From: a virus
Taxonomy: Duplodnaviria; Caudoviricetes
DNA length: 64,000 bases
Strand: one strand, 5' to 3'
IMG/VR virus record: IMGVR_UViG_3300013121_000047
Span: 96,001-160,000 of that record
In this document: positions 1 through 10,376 of the stretch, piece by piece
Layout: each line of letters starts with the position of its first letter
Numbering within the stretch: the stretch's first letter is position 1
Notes under the pieces: model-generated
Told to the model about the DNA's origin: nothing
The model's database searches: none
Seen by the model: the letters and a program-made list of their open reading frames with translations, nothing else
Position numbers and translations under genes: made by a program

Positions 1-135
1 GCCACCTAGTTGTTTTACAGAAAATTTTCCACTTGAAACTAATGCTTCAACCAACATTCTAGATTGACCGCCAACGCCAGACGCACATCTTAAATCATCT
101 GAAAGTAGTAAAACTTTAAATTTTTCCTTTTTCAT
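1..135 (-). CDS. GT-B (GT4-like) glycosyltransferase, N-terminal part only (runs off window)
   Basis: ATG at 135; MKKEKFKVLLLSDDLRCASGVGGQSRMLVEAL... matches the K-I-L-L-x-S-D...SGV start of GT4 N-domains. Confidence 0.55.
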   Translation of the reverse strand, partial: MKKEKFKVLLLSDDLRCASGVGGQSRMLVEALVSSGKFSVKQLGG

Positions 136-172
136 AAAATTTTTTAGTATAATTTTATGAACTAAAAATTGT

Positions 173-1027
173 CTATGGTGTTAATATTAATTTAACAACT
201 TCACCAAATTTAATATACGGATACTGAATAAATTCAGAAATAAATTTCTCTGTAGAAACAAACTTTGGTTCTGTTTTTGTGGCTTTTGCTTTAAAAGTAA
301 CATCAATTTCTTCAAAAAACGTTGATAAATTATGAACAATATCACTTACTTTTATTATTTCTGGCGAGCCTATATTCCAATAAAGTTTCTCAATTTTATT
401 AATTTTATCATTTTCGTGTAGTAAAAATAGGACAATATCAATTAAATTATCAATAAAAGTTAACTGGTATTCGTTATTTTGGTGCTCAGTTATTTCAATT
501 TGAGTTTGAAGGTTGTTTTTTGCATTTTGAAATTTATCAAGGTAAAAAGAAAAAATTGAATCGTTTTGTTTTCTTCCGTATAACTGATTATGAAAAACTG
601 TTATGCATTTTGTATCTATTATTTTTGACTTATTAATCAAATTATTAAACGAAAACAAAAATTTGTCGACGGTATTAAACACGTCAATATCATTATTAAA
701 AACATCATCTTCGTTTAAAATTTTATTTTGAGAATTAGAAGAATTTATATCAATAAAGGTTATTAATTTGTCAATTTTTATATTAGAAATTAAATCATAA
801 AGATTTATATACTTTTTTTGTTGAATAATAAAATTTTCTTTTGTTTTGTTTAATTCAAACAAAACAATATTTGAAATATTTTCTGTTTTGCAAAATTGAA
901 AAAATTCACTTGGAAAATTTAACAAACTTTCTGATTTGTACAAAAATTTAGAAGCATCATTCTTAACAAATAATTTAACTGTATCTGTGAATAATTCGCA
1001 ATCACTTATAACAAGAGTTTTATTCAT
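173..1027 (-). CDS. Degenerate NAD-dependent epimerase/dehydratase-like protein
   Basis: C-terminal TFIDNL...WNIGSPEIIKVSDIV resembles extended SDRs, but GxxGxxG and YxxxK are absent. Confidence 0.4.
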   Translation of the reverse strand: MNKTLVISDCELFTDTVKLFVKNDASKFLYKSESLLNFPSEFFQFCKTENISNIVLFELNKTKENFIIQQKKYINLYDLISNIKIDKLITFIDINSSNSQNKILNEDDVFNNDIDVFNTVDKFLFSFNNLINKSKIIDTKCITVFHNQLYGRKQNDSIFSFYLDKFQNAKNNLQTQIEITEHQNNEYQLTFIDNLIDIVLFLLHENDKINKIEKLYWNIGSPEIIKVSDIVHNLSTFFEEIDVTFKAKATKTEPKFVSTEKFISEFIQYPYIKFGEVVKLILTP

Positions 1028-1063
1028 AAAATCTATTTTATGAAAAAATAAAATTTTTGTTTG

Positions 1064-4000
1064 TTATGTATGTCGAATTCTTGTATCTGGTCTTTCAACC
1101 AACACTTTTTCAAGTTCTTTGACATCTAAATACACATGGTTATTCACTTGAACTGTAAAGTTTTCATTTCGAATTGTATATACAGAATTGTTTCCTAAAC
1201 CTAAATTTGACGCAAGTCTATTTAAATTTGTTTGTATATTGATTGGATTAAGTCTTGCAAGTTCACGAGAGGTTTGGTTAACTGTATCAATCATATCTTT
1301 AATAGCATTTGAAGTATTTTGAATACCATTAATTCTAGTACTTGTTTCTGCTGCCGTTAAAGCCCGTTCAAGTCTTATTAACATTGGAGACGATGCAAAT
1401 GTTGATATTGAATCAATACTGTTTACAAGCGGCATTAAATCAGAAACAGAAATAGGTTGCAACTGTCTTGCGGTTAAATTTCTTATTGCATTAACGTTTT
1501 CTATAATAGATTTAATAGCTTCAACATTTGATGTAAGTTTATCCGTATCAATACCTGATAAACTTTTGTTTAGTGCTGTTTGAGTTGTTTGTAGAACAGG
1601 CCCTAAATTTGTTGCAAATTCTTGAAGTTTTTGGAATGCCGCTTTTGCTTTACCTTGATCAATTCGGCCTGCTTCTGTAGCACTATTGATACTAGATCTA
1701 ATTTCACTAACTCTTTCACTCAAAGAACTAGTTGCTGAACTTCGAATTGACGCAGAAGGTATATTTAACGCATTTGTTAAATTATTCTGTATATTCATTC
1801 CGCTTGTTCTTGACGCTTCTTCTGCTTGTCGAATTGCTTGAACTGCTGGATTGTCTTGCGACTTTACAGGTGGATTTGTTCCACTTTCAAGCCCAAGAAA
1901 TCTTTTTAATCTTTCTGGCATTATGGAAGTTAGTGTTCTAACAGTCCACCTTACCGCGTCAACAATTGTTGATGTTACACTATTCCATATTGTAAGAATA
2001 GTAGTTGACACAGAAGAAAATGCTGTTTTAATAAAACCAAAAACCGCGATAATAGGACGAGCAACTGACGGAAATGATGCCGCTAATGAATTGCCTATAC
2101 CTTCTATTAGTCCACCAATGAAATTTATTATTCCTTTAGTAGCAGAAGAAACAAGTCGAATTAAACTTCCAACAAGATCAGGAATGTTGAATATTAATTT
2201 CACTAATCCTTTTCCAAGAAATGAAACAGCTGTAATAAGCCCGTTCATTAACATTTCTCCAACTTTTTTACCTGAAAGTTCAATTCCACTTGTGTTTTTT
2301 GTTATTAACCCTCCGATTTTATCGGGTAAAGATTTGAATATGGCGATACCAGAATCTAGTAGTTTTCCTAAAAATCTTTTAAGTTTATCTAAGTAAACTG
2401 GGTAGGCTTGAATTAGTTTATCAAAAGCTTGACCCATTCCAGACAAAAAAGTTCCAGATATTTTATCAATACTATCTCCAGAAACAAGTTTCGAAACAAG
2501 AGAATCAAGTTCTTTTCCTGCGCCATCGAACAACTCACCAAGACCTTTTAAAAATCCTGGCAATACTGTTTTTAAGGTTCTTGGGAGTTCTGTTATCATA
2601 ATAGAACCCATTTCTGAAACCATTTTTTTGATTGCGCCCCATACTTTAGAAAGACTTTCTTTGCTGTATATTGTCGAGAAATAAGTTTCCAAACCAGTTC
2701 CTACATCTCTGAACAAAGATACAAAATCTATCGAAGCAAGGCTAGATAATAATGTTCTTGTTACCGCAGGGAGTTCTTTTGCAATTGTTAATATCGTAAG
2801 CTTTAGACCTTCCATTGCTATAAAGCTAATAGCTTTAAAGAATTTTTTAATTCCATCTAAGACTTTTCTAGCTCCACCACCAGAAGAACTAAGTCTTTCC
2901 GTAAAAGCATTTTGAAGCTTTTCCAAAAGTTTCGGCAAAGCTGTTGTGGGATTTGTCGTCATCATGCTAAAGAAATCTTTAAACGCATCTCCAATTTTGC
3001 GCATAAATCTTCGCATTACAGTAGGATTAAACATATCTCTTAATCCACCAAAAAAATCTTTAACGCCTGGAAACATTTCCACAAACATTAAACCTACACG
3101 TCTACCTTCATAGAAAACTGTAGCCAAAGAACGTTGAAGATTTCTCATTAATTCTCTAAATTCTTTTGACATTCGAATACCACTAACAAAACCTTGAATA
3201 AAACGATCAAAAAATCCGCCCTGCATTGCCGAACCTGATTTAACTAATCGTTCTATTGCTCCTGCTAGTTTATTTAGAACCTGTTCCTGCGAAAGTTGTG
3301 ATTTTTTAGCGGCGTCGCCTTTCTTTTGAATGTCTGCGTATGATAATGCACGATTTTTTTGAGCAAACGCTAAAGCGATTTCAGATTCTCCCAAACCAGT
3401 TTGTTGCGCTAAAAGTCTTCTTTCCTGCGCTGTCATATTTTCAATTGTTCTACCTGTTGCAAAGAATCCCTTTCTCAACATTTCAAGTTTTTTAGCTGGA
3501 TCTTGTTCTTGCATTAATTTAAACGCATCAACATTTAAACCAAATGCTTGAGAAAGTTGAGCTGCTGAGTTTGCCGCATCTTCAAAATTCATATATTTAT
3601 CAATTAATTTTCCAAGCGATTTAACATCAATACCTAACCTTCTAGCGAACACAGATGCTTGAGTCATTTCTTTTACCGCCATGTGTCCGAAATGCTCAAA
3701 ATCAGCAATCATATTTCCAACGTCTCTAGAAACTAATTTCATAGAAACTCCAAAACTTTTACTTAGTTGAATAGAAAAATTTCCAATTTGTCGATTTATT
3801 TCATTTAAACTTTCCCCCGTTGCTAAGGATCGCTGGGCAACACCTTTTAAACCTTCGTCAGTAAAACCCAATCCTTTGTTAAATGCACCAAGAGCTTCCG
3901 CTTGAGAAACAGATAAGTCTCTAAATACGGCATCAATTGTTTCCCCTAATTTTTGTGCATATTCTCTAAAATATCTCAATCTTTCAACTAAGTTGCCAAA

Positions 4001-4663
4001 CGTTCTCCATACGCTTAAACCAGTATTCGCGAGCTGGCCTTTCATATTTTTTGCCAGTTCTATAATAGTTCCGCCAGCAGTTTTATTTAGGTAGCCAAAT
4101 TGTTTTCTAATTTCTTCAAGTTCTAGCGCAAGTTCATTGCTTCCACCAACGCTTGCCATAGAAATTAAACCTTCTAAAAGTTTAAAAGGAAATGCTAACA
4201 CTGATTTTCCAATTTCAAAAATACCGCTACCGATTCCTTGAATCATTTGCAAAGCCGCTAGCGCCGAATTCGCAACAAAAGAGATTGCTTTACCAATTCC
4301 GCCAACGATAGCGATCCCAGCATTTAACTTGGTCATTTCTTTTGAAATTTCACCAAATCCTCCTCCTAGTTTTTTTGTTGAGTCGGTAGTGGAATTAATT
4401 TTTTCTGCAGCAGCTTTTAAAGCTGAATCCATATCGGTACCAGCTTCTTTAGCAGATTCGGAAGCTGAGTTGAAACTATTTGTTAAATTAGAGCCCATGC
4501 CAGAAGATTTGGAAATTAAATCATTCATTTTTTTAATGGCTTCTGTCATATATTCTAACATTTTAGCCTGTTTCGAATATTGCCCATTCATTTTATCAAT
4601 TTTTTCAGATGCTTCTTCGAGAAGCTTATTAAGCTGCATCTGAATTTCTAAAGTATTCGCCAT
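1064..4663 (-). CDS. Tail tape measure protein
   Basis: 1199 aa helical Ala/Gly/Ser/Leu-rich protein with FEDAANSAAQLSQAFG and QERRLLAQQTGL segments; downstream of tail chaperone-like genes. Confidence 0.8.
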   Translation of the reverse strand: MANTLEIQMQLNKLLEEASEKIDKMNGQYSKQAKMLEYMTEAIKKMNDLISKSSGMGSNLTNSFNSASESAKEAGTDMDSALKAAAEKINSTTDSTKKLGGGFGEISKEMTKLNAGIAIVGGIGKAISFVANSALAALQMIQGIGSGIFEIGKSVLAFPFKLLEGLISMASVGGSNELALELEEIRKQFGYLNKTAGGTIIELAKNMKGQLANTGLSVWRTFGNLVERLRYFREYAQKLGETIDAVFRDLSVSQAEALGAFNKGLGFTDEGLKGVAQRSLATGESLNEINRQIGNFSIQLSKSFGVSMKLVSRDVGNMIADFEHFGHMAVKEMTQASVFARRLGIDVKSLGKLIDKYMNFEDAANSAAQLSQAFGLNVDAFKLMQEQDPAKKLEMLRKGFFATGRTIENMTAQERRLLAQQTGLGESEIALAFAQKNRALSYADIQKKGDAAKKSQLSQEQVLNKLAGAIERLVKSGSAMQGGFFDRFIQGFVSGIRMSKEFRELMRNLQRSLATVFYEGRRVGLMFVEMFPGVKDFFGGLRDMFNPTVMRRFMRKIGDAFKDFFSMMTTNPTTALPKLLEKLQNAFTERLSSSGGGARKVLDGIKKFFKAISFIAMEGLKLTILTIAKELPAVTRTLLSSLASIDFVSLFRDVGTGLETYFSTIYSKESLSKVWGAIKKMVSEMGSIMITELPRTLKTVLPGFLKGLGELFDGAGKELDSLVSKLVSGDSIDKISGTFLSGMGQAFDKLIQAYPVYLDKLKRFLGKLLDSGIAIFKSLPDKIGGLITKNTSGIELSGKKVGEMLMNGLITAVSFLGKGLVKLIFNIPDLVGSLIRLVSSATKGIINFIGGLIEGIGNSLAASFPSVARPIIAVFGFIKTAFSSVSTTILTIWNSVTSTIVDAVRWTVRTLTSIMPERLKRFLGLESGTNPPVKSQDNPAVQAIRQAEEASRTSGMNIQNNLTNALNIPSASIRSSATSSLSERVSEIRSSINSATEAGRIDQGKAKAAFQKLQEFATNLGPVLQTTQTALNKSLSGIDTDKLTSNVEAIKSIIENVNAIRNLTARQLQPISVSDLMPLVNSIDSISTFASSPMLIRLERALTAAETSTRINGIQNTSNAIKDMIDTVNQTSRELARLNPINIQTNLNRLASNLGLGNNSVYTIRNENFTVQVNNHVYLDVKELEKVLVERPDTRIRHT

Positions 4664-4693
4664 TTAATTTTCTGATTAATAATTAGCAGTATT

Positions 4694-4966
4694 ATGGAAT
4701 CGGAACAAATAACACCAATTGGAAAATTATTTTTTACTTCATTACTTGCGTCTATTATAAATGGAGCAGCTTTTAATTGGAAGTTACAAGGAACAAAAGA
4801 GCAAACTGATGATTTTATGAAAGTATTAAAGGCTGTTAAAGAAGCTTACGATGAAACAAAAAAAGGAGAAAAAACAACGGTGCAATCTTTAATTGATAAA
4901 ATGAATGCTAAGCAGGAAGCTCTCGCTGAGTTTGAAAAAAAATATGGTATTCGTTTGCCAATTTAA
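4694..4966 (+). CDS. Hypothetical protein (probable late gene)
   Basis: 90 aa ORF divergent from TMP; shares palindromic TAATTA (4680-4685). Confidence 0.6.
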   Translation: MESEQITPIGKLFFTSLLASIINGAAFNWKLQGTKEQTDDFMKVLKAVKEAYDETKKGEKTTVQSLIDKMNAKQEALAEFEKKYGIRLPI

Positions 4967-4992
4967 AAATACTAGATTATAGTATTTGAATC

Positions 4993-5253
4993 ATGAAAAC
5001 AAAACTTACTAAAAAAGGTTTAGATTCACAACTTTGCAATCCAGAAGATGCTTCTCTGGAAATAGTTGCAGAAAAAATTAGTTTAGCAGGAAAAGATTTA
5101 AGTAATACAATAAAGCAATTTGAAAAAGAAATTTCTGCTTTGAAAGAAGAAATGAAAAAACAGTGTACTTTTTCTGAATTTGAAAAAGAAATACAGATTT
5201 TAAGAAAAGAAATGGAGAAATTTACTAAGAAAGAAAAAGTGCAAAAAGATTAA
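4993..5253 (+). CDS. Hypothetical coiled-coil protein
   Basis: 86 aa; internal repeat QFEKEISALKEEMKK / EFEKEIQILRKEMEK. Confidence 0.55.
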   Translation: MKTKLTKKGLDSQLCNPEDASLEIVAEKISLAGKDLSNTIKQFEKEISALKEEMKKQCTFSEFEKEIQILRKEMEKFTKKEKVQKD

Positions 5254-5462
5254 AGTTTTTCAAGAAGTTCTTCCAATTCTTCTTTTTGCCATTCATACGA
5301 AATAGATGTGAATTTGTCTTCATCTGATTGATAGTAGTAGTCAATTACAACAGACTTTTTTTCTGTTTCCGTATCTTTTAGCCATCTAATTGATATTGTT
5401 GGAATATCACCTTCGTTTATCTGTTTATAATCTATTACTTTTTTTGTCATAGTTTCCAACAA
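5250..5462 (-). CDS. Hypothetical protein
   Basis: Coupled to 3' end of tdk; probable start MTKK at 5450. Confidence 0.5.
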   Translation of the reverse strand: MLETMTKKVIDYKQINEGDIPTISIRWLKDTETEKKSVVIDYYYQSDEDKFTSISYEWQKEELEELLEKL

Positions 5463-6025
5463 TTATAACATCTGCATTCATAAATGTCTTCTCCTCCAAT
5501 TAGAACCTGTTCTTTATTTTCTATTTCAATTTTTCTAAAAGTTCTTGTGGCATTTAAAATACCACATTTTTTACAAATTCCTTCAAATTTTATGACCTTG
5601 TTTGCTAAGGTCATAATTTCTGGCATATGTCCAAATGAATTTCCTTTAGAGTCCATATCAAGACCCGCCACATGAATTTCTTTGCCGATATTTAGAAGTC
5701 TTTTTAGAAAATCTATTATTCCAAATTCGAAAAATTGAATTTCATCTATAAGAAAAACATCTGCTCCAAAATTTAGATTTTTCCACTCTTCTGTTGGGAG
5801 ATTTGTCGATAACGTTAAAACAAATTCTTTTGGAATTTCATTTTTAGAGTGAGTAACAATTGCATTTTCAGAATAACGTTTATCAATTTTTGGTTTAATC
5901 CCTTGCAATGTTTTATTTTTCTTTATTGATTCAGTATAGGTATTATACAATGCAGTACTTTTACCACTATACATTGGACCAGAATAGACAAATAGTTTTG
6001 GATTTTGCTGTTCTACGGAAGCCAT
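5447..6025 (-). CDS. tdk: Thymidine kinase (type II)
   Basis: GPMYSGKST P-loop, IDEIQF, AGLDMD, CxxC...IGG...YECRCxxC zinc/lasso. Confidence 0.95.
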   Translation of the reverse strand: MASVEQQNPKLFVYSGPMYSGKSTALYNTYTESIKKNKTLQGIKPKIDKRYSENAIVTHSKNEIPKEFVLTLSTNLPTEEWKNLNFGADVFLIDEIQFFEFGIIDFLKRLLNIGKEIHVAGLDMDSKGNSFGHMPEIMTLANKVIKFEGICKKCGILNATRTFRKIEIENKEQVLIGGEDIYECRCYNCWKL

Positions 6026-6073
6026 TTTTCTTTAAATAAGGCTTTATTACAAAATAGCAATAGCAAGAAATAG

Positions 6074-6358
6074 TTAGCTTCGATTTAAACGGGAGGTGGT
6101 GTGTGGACGACCAGAAGGATTCGGCATTAGAGATTGGACTATCGGATCATTTGCCGAAACAACATCTTTACCAGAAGAAGAACCTGCTTTATTTCTTTCA
6201 GCAATTCTTTCATTTAATTTTTCAAGATGATATTCAATTTCTTTTCTTGTGTACAAAAAAAATTCTGATTTTGGAACTCCAAGATAGTAAAGAAATAATT
6301 CCATTGGTTCAAGAATTCTCTTCTTTTTGACCTCTTCCATTTGTCCAAAAAGTTCCAA
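6074..6358 (-). CDS. Putative tail/baseplate assembly chaperone partner
   Basis: Small ORF between gp26-like gene and TMP; LYYLGVPKSEFFLYT...YHLEKL pattern. Confidence 0.45.
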   Translation of the reverse strand: MELFGQMEEVKKKRILEPMELFLYYLGVPKSEFFLYTRKEIEYHLEKLNERIAERNKAGSSSGKDVVSANDPIVQSLMPNPSGRPHTTSRLNRS

Positions 6359-6380
6359 GATTTTTTGATCATTTTGGAGA

Positions 6381-7241
6381 TCATTTGGCGAGATGTGGAA
6401 AAAAAAAGGATTCCTCTATTCTAATTTCAAGTTTTTCTGAGTGCTCGCACTCTTTTTCTTTACAAACAAAGTTAAAACTAGTATCAAGACCAGGTTCGGT
6501 TTTCATTATGTGTTTTCTAAATGCTGTGCTATCTCTTCCTGGAAGTTTGCACACAACATCCAAAATATCTTTTCTAGATTTTATACCGTTTATTGAATTG
6601 ATTAAGAAACTTAGCTCATAAGCCACTTCAAATTTGGGATCGCTACCCATTTTTTGGCGTTCTTTTTTTTCTGCAGCCGCTTTTTTTGTCTCTCCAACTG
6701 TTAAATATCTATATTCGATTTCGAGCTGACTTTTTGGAGCAACAAACAAAAACCTGTTAGAAAAAGGTTCAATCTGTTTGACATCATTAAGGTCTAATGT
6801 TTTATATTTTAAATCTTTATAAATATTGTATTTAATTTCTTGCATTGTCTCACAGCGAGGACATTTTATGTCGAAACTATAGTTGTCGTCAAACCCTTCC
6901 GCTCTTATCAATGCAAATAAAATATCACGGTCACCCGAAAGAAGGGTTTGAACATTTAAAGTTTTTTCGTATAAACAAACTTGAACTAGATCATCAATAA
7001 CTGTTCCATCTCTAATTTTTTTCTTGTCATACATAACAGACTCTTCTAATGGAGTTAGTTCTACAATTGACGCAGAATCTTTTCCGTGTAATGGGTGTGT
7101 TGGGCCGTATACCAAACCTTTGGATGGCAAAGGAACTTCTACAACATCTCTTGTTAGTTCAATAATTTTTGAGTTAATCACATTTTGAGCAGCTTCCAAA
7201 TTCTGCTCTCCATCAAATAGCTGTTTGTTTTTATCTGACAT
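6381..7241 (-). CDS. T4 gp26-like baseplate hub/tail assembly chaperone
   Basis: VPLPSKGLVY, LLSGDRDIL..IR, CPRC and C-terminal C...C motifs; upstream of TMP. Confidence 0.7.
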   Translation of the reverse strand: MSDKNKQLFDGEQNLEAAQNVINSKIIELTRDVVEVPLPSKGLVYGPTHPLHGKDSASIVELTPLEESVMYDKKKIRDGTVIDDLVQVCLYEKTLNVQTLLSGDRDILFALIRAEGFDDNYSFDIKCPRCETMQEIKYNIYKDLKYKTLDLNDVKQIEPFSNRFLFVAPKSQLEIEYRYLTVGETKKAAAEKKERQKMGSDPKFEVAYELSFLINSINGIKSRKDILDVVCKLPGRDSTAFRKHIMKTEPGLDTSFNFVCKEKECEHSEKLEIRIEESFFFPHLAK

Positions 7242-7267
7242 AATATTATATATTGCTAATATTATTT

Positions 7268-8059
7268 TCAGACTGTTTGTTTGTTACGCTGTTTGTAATT
7301 TTGTGTAACATTTTGTCGATCGTTATTACTAGGGCGAGTTGCTGGTTCTATTTTTTTTGTAGCACCTTGATCTGGTATATTTTTATTGTATGCCTGAATT
7401 TTCTCTGTTTGTTTTGAAAGGATTTCGCTTCTATTCTCTGTCGTTAAACCTGTGTCTAACATTACTGGTTTACCTTGTGGATCAAGTCCCCAATTTTGAG
7501 GACTAGCCATGTCAGATATTGCATAACCGCAGTTTTTCATAACAGTTACAGCAATCAAAAAATCTCTATGTGTTTTTATTTCTTCAATTTCTTCTTTCGA
7601 AGATGTAATTTCATTTTTTGAAACAATTCTTAATGCTCTTGTAAATTCGTCAAATGAAGAAAATTTAAAATATGAAGCAATTTTTTCTTTATCTGATTCA
7701 TTTAAATTCTGTACTTTTTCAACTATTAAATATAAAAATTCAGGGCCAACGTCATAAATTTCTGGTATTAACTGAGCCTTTTGAGCTGTTTTACATATTT
7801 TACTTTCTGCCTGTGTCTGACTTATAGAGCTTGAAATGTCATACGTGACAGATTCAGAAAATGAAACTTTTATAGCTTTTCCATTTCCAATATCAAATAC
7901 AGTTCTATTTGAACCTTCTCCCAATAATGTAAAATTTAACTTACATATATTGTATATGTATTCTGCTTTTTGTTGAACAGAAAAATCTTGATACGCAGCT
8001 ATTTTTTGAATTTTTGCTAAAATATCATTTGATTCGAAAATAAAATTGGTAAGCTTCAT
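7268..8059 (-). CDS. Protein kinase-like fold protein with FIFE leader
   Basis: LGEGSNRTVF glycine loop, AIK, QAE, DMASPQNWG catalytic loop, LDTG. Confidence 0.75.
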   Translation of the reverse strand: MKLTNFIFESNDILAKIQKIAAYQDFSVQQKAEYIYNICKLNFTLLGEGSNRTVFDIGNGKAIKVSFSESVTYDISSSISQTQAESKICKTAQKAQLIPEIYDVGPEFLYLIVEKVQNLNESDKEKIASYFKFSSFDEFTRALRIVSKNEITSSKEEIEEIKTHRDFLIAVTVMKNCGYAISDMASPQNWGLDPQGKPVMLDTGLTTENRSEILSKQTEKIQAYNKNIPDQGATKKIEPATRPSNNDRQNVTQNYKQRNKQTV

Positions 8060-8490
8060 TTTTCTTGTTTTCTTGGGAATGACTTTAATCGCGCAATAGC
8101 ACCTTGAACACTACTTTGAATACCTAGTGACATTTCATCCATAATTTCAGCATAAGTTTCTTGTAGATTATCTGGTAATGATTTTACATCTTCTAATCCA
8201 AGGACATCAACTATTGTTGACTCAAAATCAAGTGCTGCACCCTGAGCATCAACGCGAAGTCTACGTTCGGCATTAATATCGCGGCCAGAATTTGTTGCAC
8301 TTACGGTTTCTTTGGAAGTAGTAGCTTCGGAAGGTAATGTTTCTTGTTCAAGTGAATCTGCAACAGGTTTAGATTCAGGAGAAAGTAAAGCTTTGTCTCC
8401 AATAGAAACAACATGTTCTTCGTTTAATTTATTTTTTAATAAAGTTCTAACAGCGATTCTAAAATCTTTTTCTTCAAATATGTATGCCAT
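8056..8490 (-). CDS. Hypothetical probable virion protein
   Basis: MAYIFEE start, acidic; TAATTA upstream. Confidence 0.55.
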   Translation of the reverse strand: MAYIFEEKDFRIAVRTLLKNKLNEEHVVSIGDKALLSPESKPVADSLEQETLPSEATTSKETVSATNSGRDINAERRLRVDAQGAALDFESTIVDVLGLEDVKSLPDNLQETYAEIMDEMSLGIQSSVQGAIARLKSFPRKQEK

Positions 8491-8504
8491 TTTTCTTTTA
8501 ATAA

Positions 8505-9044
8505 TTAAGCACCAAAAAATTTTTTTAACTTTAACAAAGCATCAGATACTGAAATTTTTGTTTTTAATTCTTTATCTCGAAGAATCTTATTTAAAAATTT
8601 AGAATATTCATCTTGTTTTAACTCATAAAGTTCAGCTTTTAAAAATTTTAAGAGGTCATAACTATCTTCTGTTTCAGTTGCTAATTTTTTAAAGTTATCA
8701 AAAGATTTGTCGACTGGATTTTTTTCTTCTTCTTCTTCTTCTGGTTCTTCGCCAGTTGGATTTTCCTTTGTGTCGAATGCCTGGTTTTTATTTTGAGTTT
8801 TGGGGGTGTCGTTTAAAGAAGGTTCTGCGGATACATCAGAAGAAGACGCTAAGTCTGTTGGCGAAGCATTGGAATCAGTTGGCAGCTCTTCGTTTGTTGG
8901 TGTTTCAAATCCTCCTTTTGAAGCATTGTCTGTCGGTGGTATTTCTAAGCTCTGGTTAGGTTTTTTTTCTGATCCAAATCCGCCTTCTGCTGCTTCAAAA
9001 ATATTTTTCGCTAGCATTTTATAAACTTTGAGCTTATTATTCAT
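8505..9044 (-). CDS. Acidic low-complexity probable virion protein
   Basis: Likely start ATG 9044 (MNNKLKVYKMLAKNIFE); P/S/T/E-rich linker. Confidence 0.55.
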   Translation of the reverse strand: MNNKLKVYKMLAKNIFEAAEGGFGSEKKPNQSLEIPPTDNASKGGFETPTNEELPTDSNASPTDLASSSDVSAEPSLNDTPKTQNKNQAFDTKENPTGEEPEEEEEEKNPVDKSFDNFKKLATETEDSYDLLKFLKAELYELKQDEYSKFLNKILRDKELKTKISVSDALLKLKKFFGA

Positions 9045-9060
9045 AATTGTAATTAATAAC

Positions 9061-9216
9061 ATGGATAACGTAGAACAAAAAATTAGTAATCTTTCTGTTA
9101 CTATTGAGGAGTTAGAAGAAAGAATAGAAAAATTAGAAAAAGAACTAAAAAAAATGCAATCTGTAAAGGAAACTTCACAAGTTTCGAAAGGTAAACAAAA
9201 ATTCTTAAAAGATTAA
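9061..9216 (+). CDS. Small coiled-coil protein
   Basis: ATG 9061; heptad pattern ISNLSVTIEELEERIEKLEKEL. Confidence 0.5.
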   Translation: MDNVEQKISNLSVTIEELEERIEKLEKELKKMQSVKETSQVSKGKQKFLKD

Positions 9217-9905
9217 TTTTTAAAATCTTCGTTTAAAAAACTTTGTATTTCTTCTTTTATTGGAAGTTTTTCTTTGTACAAATTAAAAAATCTATCGCTG
9301 TAAAAATAAGAAATTGGCATCGCAAAATAATAATTTGAGTTAGATAAATTTGCCTCAATCCAATTTTTTATTTGATTAATCTGGTTTTGTTCAAGATTTT
9401 CTAAGCTGGCAATAAATAAACTAACCGAAAATGCCCGCATTTCCCAATGGTAACGTCCAAATTTTGGAACTGGAAGTATAGCAATTAAAGCTAAAATAAA
9501 ACAAACTATAAAAGCGACATAAGATTTTAATATCAAACATATTACCGAAGCTATTAACAAGGGCAACCCAAAAAATAGTTCTGGTAAATAAGTTGGTTTA
9601 TAAAATAAATTATATCTTTCATCGTCTAATGCGTGGACTGATTCGTGAATAATCACTTCCATAAATTGTTTTGGATTTAAAGATTTAATTAATTCTTTTG
9701 GAAAATATATGGTTGAACCGAGTGTGGTTATATACCTGGCCATAAATAAAGTATTAATTTTTAAAAAAGCGAGTACCCAGCCAATCGCTTGCATAAGTCG
9801 ACTGGTTTCTTTTTCAACAAGTTTTAAAGGAGTTTTTAATTTTGGGTTAATATATTTATCAAAATATATTTGGCTATTTTTAATATTTGTCTCATAAAAA
9901 TCCAT
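9213..9905 (-). CDS. Membrane-associated HExxH zinc metallopeptidase-like protein
   Basis: TTLGSTIY...IIHESVH...WEMRAF; two hydrophobic helices. Confidence 0.6.
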   Translation of the reverse strand: MDFYETNIKNSQIYFDKYINPKLKTPLKLVEKETSRLMQAIGWVLAFLKINTLFMARYITTLGSTIYFPKELIKSLNPKQFMEVIIHESVHALDDERYNLFYKPTYLPELFFGLPLLIASVICLILKSYVAFIVCFILALIAILPVPKFGRYHWEMRAFSVSLFIASLENLEQNQINQIKNWIEANLSNSNYYFAMPISYFYSDRFFNLYKEKLPIKEEIQSFLNEDFKN

Positions 9906-9934
9906 ACCAGTAAATAGAAATTATAGTTAAAAAC

Positions 9935-10339
9935 ATGAATCTTTCTTTTTACATATTTGAAACAATCTCTTATCAAAATTTTTTAAAAATAGAACAAGAA
10001 ATTTTTAAGTCAATTCCATCTTATGATGAATATGTTAATAAACTGAAACAATTTTCTAAATCATCCAATGAATCACAATGGCTTTTTAATCACCATGCAG
10101 CTGAATTGGCTTGGGAGTCTAATTTAAAAAATGAAGCAAAAAATCATATCCAAATTGCCAATAGATTAAATCCTTTCGGAAATAAAATAACAAAAGTATT
10201 ATATTTCATTATTAATCAAAAAGGAACACAGCAGGATTTAAATAATTGGATACAAAAAAATATTAAAGATTCAACTGAAAAAGAAACTGCGATATCATTA
10301 TTGCAAAATAATCTATACGGAAAATCTTTAAATTCTTAA
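9935..10339 (+). CDS. Hypothetical protein with YIFE leader
   Basis: MNLSFYIFET; ATAGTTAAAAACATG upstream. Confidence 0.55.
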   Translation: MNLSFYIFETISYQNFLKIEQEIFKSIPSYDEYVNKLKQFSKSSNESQWLFNHHAAELAWESNLKNEAKNHIQIANRLNPFGNKITKVLYFIINQKGTQQDLNNWIQKNIKDSTEKETAISLLQNNLYGKSLNS

Positions 10340-10376
10340 ATGGAAATTTTTTTATTTAAAACACTATAATAAAACC

